Source: Macrostomum lignano (Eukaryota). Taken from it: a DNA stretch of 58,453 bases. Location: the NCBI GenBank assembly GCA_002269645.1, contig NIVC01002630.1, forward strand, positions 1-58,453, read 5' to 3'. The number at the start of each line of letters is the position of its first letter. Position 1 is the stretch's first letter. The translations under genes were made by a program, and so were the position numbers. The notes beneath the pieces are model-generated. The model made no database searches, was not told the DNA's origin, and saw only the letters and a program-made list of their open reading frames with translations. Shown piece after piece: positions 1 to 10,903 of the stretch.

Positions 1-504
1 ACTATTTTATCAATCAGTCCACTTCAACTTATCTTAAAATGTGCTCTTTTCATTTATAAACACATTAACACCTCTCTAACAACTCAAGCAATGATGTCCT
101 TGAGTGTTAATTAAAAAAAACTGAAAAGCATACAAAATCCCTGTGAATAGATATTTTTACTGAATCTTGAACATGAAGTTTCTTTAGGCTTTGACCAAAG
201 AGCCTGAACTGAAATTTAGAAAGCTTAGAAATCTAATAAACACACCAGTCAATTCCAGTTAATACAGATGAAAAAATTATTAGTCTATTACTGTAATGTT
301 TGGCTACTAAAGAAAAATTTCTAAACCAATTTCAAGATTGAATCTATATACAAAATAAGCTTAAGTTTTCTACATCACAATCCCAGTGTCATTTGGCATC
401 CTGATTCCAAACTCAATATGTTAAATTGATTATAAAAATGCTAGCTACCATTGTAGAAAATTCTATAATAAAATATCAATGATATATCAATATCTACTCT
501 ATCT

Positions 505-1511
505 TAGTGATGGATCGAAATTATTTTTCAAATTGAAATTGAAATTAAAATTTTTGGTTCCTTAGAATTGAAATCAAAATTGAAATTAAAATGGAAATCG
601 AAATTTTTGAGCTTAACAAATTTTTACTTTTTTTGCTTATCATGCAAAAAGGTTAACACCTTGCCTTTGCATGTATGAGCTTACATGTTTTATAAAAAGT
701 ATCTTTGATATGTTTAAACCAGAATACTTAAGAATTAAGATTTAACTTACTTTAAAAATACAAAATAGAAAATGCTGGTGTATTATGTATTATACACTCG
801 TACATAGAAATATAGTAGAAGTTGTATTATACTTATATCCATTTCATAAGTCTTTAGCCAATTAAAATCCACGCCGATGAGTTCAGCCAGTGGGCTTGTG
901 GAGGTTGAGGTGCATACATGCGCAACAGTCGGCCGAGTCGGCCGATCCGGCCGACCGATTTGGCGGCCAATCAAGGAAGTCGCAAAAATGCCCACCCAAA
1001 AAATAACCTGAAGAGTAGTACTAAGTAGCTGACGAGGCATTTTAGCTTAATAAAACAGTCATAGTTACTCCTGCCGTTTACCCAAAGTTGCGTTAATTTT
1101 GCTTTCGGGTTTTTTTATATGTAAGTCGCATTTTTGGCCAAAAACTACGTCGCATTTTTGTTAAAACTAAGTCGCACGGCTGACCGAATTTTGGAGGTTG
1201 CACATGTATGTTGAGGTGGGTGCAGCACAAGGCCTGGAACAGTGTGTGCCCCGCACAATCTTTCTTGTAGAAAAGGCAATTCTCACCTCCCCACTGAGTC
1301 TTTGAACTGCACTTCCTTTCACTTCCTATAGATTTTCTTTCTTGTGTAGCATGATCATCAATGTCTAAATTGTTAAAATATAACCAAAATTTTGAAATGA
1401 TTTTTGATGAATGGTGTCAAAATTTGAAATTGAAATCAAAATTATGTCGATGCAAAATTAGTTTTGAAATTTGGAATATTGAAATCAAAATTGAATTTCG
1501 ATCCATCACTA
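505..1511. mobile_element. Non-autonomous TIR element (hAT-type MITE), about 1.0 kb
   Basis: Perfect 18-bp TIR TAGTGATGGATCGAAATT at 505-522 and inverted at 1494-1511. Flanking 8-mers CTCTATCT (497-504) and CTATATCT (1512-1519) match 7/8. Subterminal (TTGAAA)-type repeats. An 8-bp TSD and a TAGTGATG start fit hAT. Confidence 0.75.
913..1210. mobile_element. hAT-type MITE nested inside the 505-1511 element
   Basis: 14-bp TIR CATACATGCGCAAC (913-926) / GTTGCACATGTATG (1197-1210), 1 mismatch. Perfect 8-bp TSD TTGAGGTG (905-912, 1211-1218). Internal GTCGCA subterminal motifs. Confidence 0.8.
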
Positions 1512-2951
1512 CTATATCTTTAGATTGTTATGTAAGCCTTTCTGAACGAAAGAACTTATAGAAGTTGATAGATTCTACTTTTATTATCTATTACAATACT
1601 AAAAATGTTTGTTTTGGACTAAGAAAAAATAAATATTCTTATAGATATAAAGATTCTTTATTAGGGGTATTTAATCAATAGATATAGCTTCATATAACTT
1701 TTAATTAAATCCAAATGGCAATAGTTAAAACTTGTCATTTATTAATAGGCATTTATCCCAAATTTAGCCAATATTGCCCAAACCACACAATATATATATG
1801 ACATTGAAAATCTATTTTTAAGTCCTTGACAATAGACTTAAAAGCCCTTAGTTTATTAGAGTAATAGCATTTATCTTAAATTTATATTCTTGCCTTTATT
1901 GTCCTAACCTAGCATAAAAAAAGCTCTATTGCTTAAGTCTCCAACCCAAAAGACTTATTATTAACAGTTTACTTTTTTGTAAAAAAATAATAGTGTCTAT
2001 TAGAAACTATTTTTAAAGACATGCCTTTCAAAAAGCTTTTTCTATTGCATTGACTTCTTTCAAATGTCTACAGATTCGTTTTACCATTTTATCCTAAATT
2101 TTTTTTGTTGCAAAATACTTTATACATGTGAAGTATACAATAAGTGGATCACCTATTCATATTCATAGGCATCATTTTTTATAGGAAGTAGACAAATGCT
2201 ATTACCAAAATGGACATATTTTGTTACAGAAGTGGATACACATTTTGTTATTGAAACAGACACACTTTGTTACCCCAAATAGGCTTAGTCAAATAGTCAA
2301 ACAAATAATGAAAACTAAAAAAATGTTAAAAATTAATATTGGAAACCAATATTTTATGACAATTTTAGACTTTGGTAACTTCTAATACAATTTTTAAATT
2401 TATCCAATGGTTTGATATAATTAACTTATATGATTTCATTTGAAAGTCTTGCATATAAAAAAGTTTTTGCATTTAAAAACAAAGCCACTTAGTATTATAT
2501 TAATAGTAAAGAAATAAATATAAATATACTTTTTAGGGATTCATGAAAAAAATTATACAAAAACCTATAAAAAGCTAGCCATAAAATTCAAGTGCCAAAA
2601 AAAGAATAAAAGCACATTTTAATTAAAATAGAAACCTAATATAAAAAGTTGCATAGAATAGAATGCAATTTTATATTCCAAAATTGTGAATGTGATCCAA
2701 AGATGCTATCTTAGAATGAATGAAATATTTGAATAGTTTAGAGAAAGTAATGATAATGTTAATATTTCTTTTTTATATCAATGAAGGTTAAATAATTAGA
2801 TCAAATAATTTAATTAGGTCAAACAACAAAGATTTTCTTTTGTAAAAATGTTTTGAAAAGTTTTTAAAGTCAGTAAAATATGGTTCATAACTAGTTAGGC
2901 TAGTAAAATTAGTAATTATCATTACAATGTACATTAGGCCTACAATGATAT

Positions 2952-3375
2952 GGCGCATGACCAAGACCGCCACATACCAAGACCGCCACAGCTCTTACTG
3001 ACTATTGGAATTGAGGGGAAGCTACCAATCTTCCAGCATTGCTATTGGTTATGATGAGTTGTGGAGTTAGATTAGATGAGGAGGAAGTGTCCTAAGATTG
3101 GTCACTAATAAGATGAATAAGTGGCCCAAAATGATTGCAAGTCAACCAGGGCAATTTTAACAATTCAAATTAAATAAAAAAAACAAGGAACCTGGCTCAC
3201 CACCTACCTGGCCAGGCTGGCCTGCTTACCAGTTCCTCTCTCGTGGCCTTGTCTTGCTGGCTCTCCCCATCTCACCCCTCCTCAGCACCATCCAATAACA
3301 TGGCAAGCCAAATTCCTCCCTCTTAGCTCCCCCAAGTGTGGCGGTCTTGGTGTGTGGCGGTCTTGGTCCTACACC
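2952..3375. mobile_element. MITE with about 39-bp TIRs, superfamily unresolved (GG-start TIR, 8-bp TSD; Merlin- or MULE-like)
   Basis: TIRs 2952-2990 and 3337-3375, each with two ACCAAGACCGCCACA units. Perfect TSD AATGATAT (2944-2951, 3376-3383). Confidence 0.75.
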
Positions 3376-3557
3376 AATGATATTATGTCGATATTATTAT
3401 CCACTAGGGCCTACTATTATTATTACTATTTAGCACTGGCAGACAAATAGTCCACTGGCCATTTAACCATGGCAGACAAATAGTCCTGGATCCTACTACT
3501 TTACTAGACACTCAGGATTGCATCGAAATGTAATATATATTTATAGGGGCCTATTGG

Positions 3558-4258
3558 TAGAGCTGTCAAAATTAGAGATTTTATTCGAGACGAGAAAGGC
3601 TTATAAGTCGAGAATTTCGAGACGAGACAAGACAAAGTAAATCTAAAAAATATATTTCAGAATTGCATCTTGTCTTGCTTTTATCTTGCCTTATCTTGTC
3701 TTAAATTTCTTGATAAAATACAATTCTAAAAAAATATTTTTTAGATTTTCCAGAATACTTTCTTAATTCTAGTTTTAATTCTTTGCTATTTATTCATAAG
3801 AATTTATGCTTGTAGCATATAGGCCCTTGGCCCTACTATGTCTATTACTAATTTGTCAAAAGACCTGTGTAGATTATCTTCAAGTCTGCTATGATACACC
3901 TTGCTGCAGAACTGAAATGATAACTAAAAGAGCACATATACAACAACAACAACAACAGAGCACATATGCAATGCAAACTCGTATATAACAACGTTCGTTA
4001 AATAACTGCTCGACATTGGCTAGATTTTACCATTTGAAAATTGCCCTATCAAGCGTGTTACAACAAACAGTTGTATTTATATGAAAATTTGCTCCCCTTT
4101 TTATATTTTATCACTTAAAAGCTTTTGGAAAAAGGTATCGGAAAAAATCTTGAATCTCGTCTTGAATTTCTTGACAAAATTCGAGATTTCTCGAGACGAG
4201 AAAAAATGTCGAGATCTTGTCTCAAATCTTGTCTCGTCGAGATCTCGTGACAGCTCTA
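3558..4258. mobile_element. hAT-type MITE, 701 bp
   Basis: 11-bp TIR TAGAGCTGTCA / TGACAGCTCTA. Perfect TSD CCTATTGG (3550-3557, 4259-4266). Many subterminal CGAGAC/TCTTGTC motifs at both ends. Confidence 0.8.
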
Positions 4259-6740
4259 CCTATTGGTTCTTATGCTAATATTAGGCCTAGATTAGAAAGA
4301 TAATATAGGCTCAGCTCAGAGTAGATGAAGATTTATATTTTGATCTAAGGTTTCGAATCCTGAATTTTAAAATAGCTAATATCAAGTATGCATCATTACT
4401 GAAATACAACGTTAAGTAAAAAATCTGCTGACGTATTGTTCAACTAGGGCCGACTATGGTCTATTTAACGGCTAGGCCTATATAGAAATCAAAACTAAAA
4501 GCATCTCAAAATAGCAGTTAGGCCCTAGCAGGAAATGTAGATTTTAGGCGGTTCATAAAATGTTTCCTTCCTTAAGTCAATCGATTTAAATCACTGGTAT
4601 AAGTGTATTGTAGTGAGTTTCAATTTTTATCACTTCGCTGTGTTGAGCCTGAAGCCCTCCTCGACGGTTTGCTTAAATGTACCATATTCAAAGAAACAGT
4701 AATTTAATTTGGTGGTTGAATTAGGCACTTAGCAATGGACTGACCAATCCTGTTGTCTAGCAGAACGTAGCTTGTCCAAAGTAAAAAACTTGTTCTGCTT
4801 TCATTTTCCTTTGAATCTAACTCTCAGCACAATTTAATAAAAAGCGTATTGAATAAAATATTATAGGCTGCAATTTCGGCACATTTTTCGATACTAGAAA
4901 GAGTGGTCATTAATAACGCACTTAATTTCATGTGCTTTTAACGACTAGCTACTTCTAACACAAGCATACAAATCAAAGCATATATCATAGCATAAACTGT
5001 AGACTATAGTGACTATACGTTTGATTCTCACCTGACTAATAATACGGCTTGCTCGTGGTTTCTATTGCATTGATCAAATGATTCCCTGTGCAGAATTGCC
5101 CTGAAAAGGATAAACTCTGAAAATACATGGTATTTCAGGACAGGACCGAGAAGCCATGAGTACAGCAGAGTAAAACTTCTATCGACGAAGAATATTATAG
5201 TTTACTGAAATTTCTCAAATCATTTTGTTGTCGGAATCCTTGTCGGGATGTTTGTACACGCATTTTCGCGTTTTCCAATTTTTCAGGAACAGCGCACGCA
5301 TATATCTACAAATTAAGTCGCGTCAGCTTTCCGTTTATTTCCATTTAATATTTCCAATTCATATTTCCAAAGTATTTCCAATAAAATTTAATAAACTCAT
5401 GAAGTTATTAAATTATAGTCTACTGAATTGTCACTTTCACTTTTTATGCATGTATATTCCACTAAAGGAATTGTGCATGAGCCTGTCGATCATTTCTACT
5501 GTACATATGCTAAACAGCCAAACAACTTTATGAATTTTGGAAGCAAAAATGAAATTCGAAATTGTTGAGCATAGCTACTAGCTGAAATGTCTGCAGACTT
5601 TATTCCGACCTATGTCGGCCTTAACGAAACGCTTTTTGCGTCCATTAAATTTTAAGTCACAAATCACATTTGTTTTTTGTCAGTAGTGTACATTTAATTC
5701 ATTTCTTATTTTTCAATGTACTGATGATGCGCTTAAATAACTATTTTTGCAGAGGTGGCCATTAAACTCACGAAATAATTTGGCCTAGCTGTTTATTGAG
5801 CATAAATTAGTACATACATGTAGTTATAGCCTGTATTTTACGTGTGTGTACGTGTACGCCGTAAACATTAATGTACATGCGCAAACACAACATAAAAGCT
5901 ATACGCGTCGCGACTGATTGAGAATGTACGATACATACATGTATACGAGCCACATAAGTGAACTGTACATTTTGGTAGTTAATTTGCGTCTTTTAAAAAT
6001 CTGTCAGTGATTTTAATTGAGTTGAATATTTATAAAATGATATCTTATTTTTACGGCCACTGCTGATGCACCTGCACACGTATGTGAGCTAGTTTATGAA
6101 CAGGAAGTCGAGAATACAAATCATTTTAGTAATTTGCTTCTTCAGTCACCTTATGAAGCTATAACATTAATATTACTTTATTTTTTATTGCTAAAATGAT
6201 GGTGATATCGGGTTGCGGGCAATTGCAAAACACGGCGACAAAGATTAATAATAACGATCGATTACTTAATACATTTGCATTCTAACACTCGTGCGCAATT
6301 AATAGCATCCTATGTTGCGAAATATTGAAGCAGCTGTAATAAAGAGATAATTAATAAATAACAGCTTTCCGAAAAAAAACAGTACATAAGCTAAGTTTGA
6401 TCAATCAGAATGTGAGATTGATTAGCTATTTTTATATATCAGCATGCTGATATTATATGCAATTAATATCAATTAAAAAGCAATTAAAGGTGTCAAAGAT
6501 AACGACAAGATATCGGGAAGAAAAGCAAACAGAAATCGATGAACTGCTTAGTGGGAGAGAAAGTAATGAACTGGGGGGCTCGAAGATTTTTTTAATTGAA
6601 TATTTTTGTTTTAAGTTTATAATTAGGTAACAATCCAAAGGTGAATGCACGAGTTCTTTTTCTGAGTCCAACACAGAGCGAAAAAAACGGATGCAAGAAT
6701 CAGCCGGGGGGAGGCTTTGGTGTTGACTTCAAGTTGACGC

Positions 6741-9700
6741 TTAGCTCTCAGCCGGGGCGGCCTCCCCGGCCTCGCCGCCCTCCTCCGGTTTCTCCTTCTT
6801 CTCCTTGGTCCACTCCGGCTTTTCCGACTGCAATTGCAGGATTGGAGTGGGTTGTCGGGATCGAGACTTGCATGTACGTCGTAAGCTTATAATCGTGATT
6901 TGAAAACTCAGCAGTATCAGTTATATAGCTGCAAATTGCTGTTTTTGATCCAAGTGTGCTAGAAAAGCAGGGGTGGGCAAACTTCGGCCGGTCATATGTG
7001 GCCCACAAAGCCCATCTATCCGACCCTTGGGTCCTTGGACACTTTAGAATGGCAATCCGACCCGCTCAAGGTTTGTCTCTTCTCATTCTTATCTCTCCTG
7101 ATTTCCTCTCTTCTCTCCTCTCTCCTCTCCTCCCCTCTCTCCTCTCCTCTCCTCTCCTCTTCCTCTCCTCTCCTCTCCTCTCCTCTCCTCTCCTCTCCTC
7201 TCCTCTCCTCTCCTCTCCTCTCCTCTCCTCTCCTCTCCTCTCCTCTCCTCTCCTCTCCTCTCCTCTCCTCTCCTCTCCTCTCCTCTCCTCTCCTCTCCTC
7301 TCCTCTCCTCTCCTCTCCTCTCCTCTCCTCTCCTCTCCTCTCCTCTCCTCTCCTCTCCTCTCCTCTTATCCCATTCCTTCTCACTCATCTCTTTTCTCAT
7401 AGCCTCTTCTCACCTCCCCTCTCTTTTGTCATCTCCTCTTTCTTCTCTCTCCTCCATTCCCTTTCCTTTCCACTCTCATCTGGCCCGCAGCCATGAGCTG
7501 GATTATTTATCTGGCCCTTGAGGTAAAAAGTTTGCTGACCTCCATATTAGAGGCCTGAGCCTAATGAAACGGAACAGCGCTCCCGTTGCCATCAACCATA
7601 ATAAAACCTACAGAGAGGCAGCAGCAACACTCACTTCTTCCTTCTCCTCCAGGGCGTACTTGTCCTGGCCAGTGGACTTGAGACCCTCGCGGAAGGAAGC
7701 GGCGCTGGCCTTGTTCTTCTTTTTCAGCTTCTCCAGACGCTGCTCAGTCTTAGAGACCTTCTTCAGCACCGGCTTTGTGAACTTGCCCTTCGACTCGTTC
7801 ACTTTAGCCTCCATTGCGTTGATCTCCAGATCCAGGTTGTGGATCTTCATCTCCCAGTCGTACTTCTCAGCCTCGAGCTGAGCCATCTTCCTGTACAACT
7901 CCTTCACCTTGCTCTCCAGCTGGTCTGCGGTCGGTAATTACATGTAAATGTTGAAATCAGATTATGTAAATTCACATTCACCTGTCGTCTGATAATTGTA
8001 AGTTGTATAAATTTGCTGACCCTTGCTGAGGCCCGAAATGTTGAGCTCGCCAACTACCGACTTGAGGTGGTTCTCGCGCTCCTGAGCCTTGCGCTTCTGC
8101 TCGGCGCGCATCTCTTCAGCTGCCTTCTGCATGATCAGCTGCTTCAGCAGGCGCTTCTTCTCCGGGGTCATTGTGACACCCTTCTTCTTCTTGCCCTTGC
8201 CGCCCTTCTTTGAGGCGGCGGCTGCGGCCTCTTCGGCTTTGCGGGCCTCCTCGGCGCGACGGCGCTCTTCGGCTTCCTCCTCACGACGGCGCTCTTCGGC
8301 CTCCTCTTCGCGACGGCGCCGCTCTGCTTCCTGTAGAGTCAGTAGGAATTTTAATGAGACGTTGAGTTTTGGTAACCTTTGTGGGGGGTGGAGCTTGAGT
8401 TAAGCTTGGTTGAGCTTGGGTTGAGCTTGGGCTGAAGCTTGGGTTGAGCTTGGGCTAAAGTTTGGTTGAGGATGAATTGAGCTTGGGCTGAAGCTTGGGT
8501 TGAGCTTGGGCTGAAGTTTGGTTGAGCATGAATTGAGCTTTGGTTGAGCTTGGGTTGAGATTGGGTTGAGATTGGGTTGAGATTGGGTTGAGCTTTGGTT
8601 GAGTTAGGGTTGAGATTGGGTTGAGATTGGGTTGAAGTTTGGTTAAGCTCGGGCGGGAAGATGAGAACCCCACTCCCTGAACGGTAAGTAACAGCTACAG
8701 CTGTTTACCTCCTCGCGCCGACGTTTCTCAGCTTCGGCCCGCTCCCGTTCCTCCTCCTCCTCCTGCTGCTGGCGGCGACGTCGCTCGGCAGCTTCCTCTT
8801 CCTCAGCTCGCCGGCGATCCTGAAAGCCGATGCGCCAACCACAAGCGTCAATGCAGGAATAAATCAAGCTCATCAACGAAGGCGTCGAGAAAAAATACTC
8901 ACATCGTCGTCGCCTCCGCCACCGCCGCCGGAGGGCTCCTCGGCCGGGGCGGACTCGGCCGGAGCGGACTCGGCCGGAGCGGACTGGAAAGTGGGAAAGA
9001 AAGTCCTTCGAGTTAGCATAGTCCATGAAACAAGCAGGTCTGTTACAGGTTCTCATGCCTCTTATAAATATTTACGAGCATGCTTTGATACAGAGCTTCG
9101 GACTTTATCATCAGTGGGGAGTAAACAGGTCTATAAAAAAAATAATGTGAAGTATTTTAAAGCAGAAGGTCGCAAGATAAGCACATATTGTGGGACGCAC
9201 GCCAATGTCTCTGAATAAGACTTGTCGAGAAGTCACTCACCACACTTCTCAAGATCTTGAGCAAGCACACTCAAGATGTATTACCGAACGCAAAAGCAGA
9301 GCATCCACTCATTAAAGATTTTTTACGAGTGCCAATTGGCAATAGAAAATGAAAATAAAAGAATAGTTAACAAAAAAGTCATCTCTAATGCAGCTAAATA
9401 CATGTTGATGCATTTTATGAATTCGTAGCTGAGGTTAGTAGAAAAAATGGATACAGCAAGACACCCCAACAAAAAGCACATCGGAATGTCAGTGATTAGA
9501 TCAGATCCGTGAAAGCAGAATACTTGAATGTATTTATACTAAAAGCTAGGAATCTTCAGCTTCCGTTCAGTTTGTGTGGGTCGATCGGCTTCACTCACGG
9601 GGGCTTCAGACTCCGCTGCGTCTTCCTCTTCGCCACGCCTGCGTCGGCGCCTTGACGAATCAGCCGCCGGCGCCTCCTATTATTGTACCGTAGCAATTAT

Positions 9701-10903
9701 TAATTTATCGGCTGAACTAGCCAGGAACAGTCTGTTCGGCTTGGAACAAGAAGCAGTCATTGAACCATCGTGCAAAGCATGGGGGGTTAAGGTTCGTTGT
9801 CCCTTGCTGACAAATTACAAAAAATTACAAAACTTTTTTGCTTTTGCCATGCAAAGTTAGAAAACGGACATCCAAAGTTGAAAAGCTTCTAGAAAAAAGA
9901 GAACAAAGATTTCTGACTGCGAAACATAACTTAGAGACAAGCAAATCCATGGCCTAGCGGTATTCTGAATGCTCTCAACTCGGGATGTCCGTTAGCACGA
10001 TAATTGAGACGCAGCATATGAGAAATGCTATGCTAGGTTTAACAGAAAAAACTCATTCGAATATTCTATAATATTTTTCTATACCAAATTAACCTACTGA
10101 TATTAATATACGCTCGTATTGGCAAAATGCTAATCCAAAATATCACTCAAGGTTTGAGTTGTGAAATTAAAAAAAACTGTTGATATTGATAACCCGTTGT
10201 TAGTTAATACAGTACGAATGCGAAGCGCGATACAGGCCGCCCTCTACCAAACTGAGATGCAAAATAATATGCTCGAGAACAACATACAGTATATGCATTA
10301 GCAGGCATGGACTATGAGAATTCGATAGTTTTCTTTTCTAGGCTCTACTGTAATGGACTGCTGATCAAAACTATTCCCAGCGAGCTGGGTCTGACAGTCA
10401 AATCCGTGATAAAGCGCAACTTTACAACGCAACAGGAGTATTTATGAGCGCAACTGTAAGCTCCAACTGGAACGCAGATAGCGCCTAGCAACGGTAGCTC
10501 TCACTTGCTCTAACTGTTCCATTGTAATCCCGGTGATTCCTTAGTAAGCTTCTATACTCACGATACTATCGATGATACTCGATTAGTGATAAAACACGTT
10601 GAGGATTCAAACATAGAAAAAGACAAGTACTTAACAGATGGAAGCTGAAGAGAAATTGACTGCTGCATCGAAGTTACCTAATAGTGGATCTAATGATTAA
10701 TAGCTCCAGTATCATACCTCCTCGGTTCTGGAATGAAAGGGGAGATTTAATTCGAGAGGGTAATAACAACTCACTAGCATATTGCCGATCATTCAAACAG
10801 TACTATGACAAGAATGATTGTTAAAGCTTTGCTATTAGGTGTTTACTCACGCCTGCTGCCTCGCCCTGCGTCGGGCGGCGCGTCGCTCGTCCATGTCGCT
10901 CAT
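6741..10903 (-). CDS. TnI: Troponin I (invertebrate type with E/R-rich N-terminal extension), about 339 aa, 8 coding exons
   Basis: Exons 10903-10851, 10727-10718, 9676-9599, 8983-8903, 8819-8709, 8330-8021, 7924-7635, 6827-6741. All introns are GT-AG with consistent phases; total 1020 nt. Motifs MTPEKKRLLKQLIMQKAAEE, LEAEKYDWE, KGKFTKPVLKKVSK and C-terminal EKPEW match invertebrate troponin I. Confidence 0.92.
6968..7544. mobile_element. Degenerate hAT/Charlie-like MITE in the last TnI intron, carrying the (CCTCT)n array
   Basis: Left end CAGGGGTGGGCAAACT. Right end AGTTTGCTGACCTCCA matches the inverted left end 11/16. Subterminal GGCCC motifs. No clear TSD. Confidence 0.4.
7105..7366. repeat. 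(CCTCT)n pentanucleotide microsatellite
   Basis: Near-perfect run, degenerate at the left edge. It produces the spurious LSSPL/EERRG ORFs. Confidence 0.97.
8403..8645. repeat. Degenerate about 11-bp G-rich repeat (TTGGGTTGAGM) in a TnI intron
   Basis: Repeated GGTTGAGCTTG / GGGTTGAGATT units. Confidence 0.85.

Noticed and set aside
5720-5760. Other CTGATGA motifs (also near 19660, 20220, 23450, 37283) as hammerheads
   Set aside because: No downstream stem II-GAAA-stem III arrangement.
6956-7496. ORFs of 100-370 aa over tandem arrays ([50 protein letters not shown] and similar across the window)
   Set aside because: They are open only because the repeat units lack stops, occur in several frames at once, and lie in introns or intergenic DNA.
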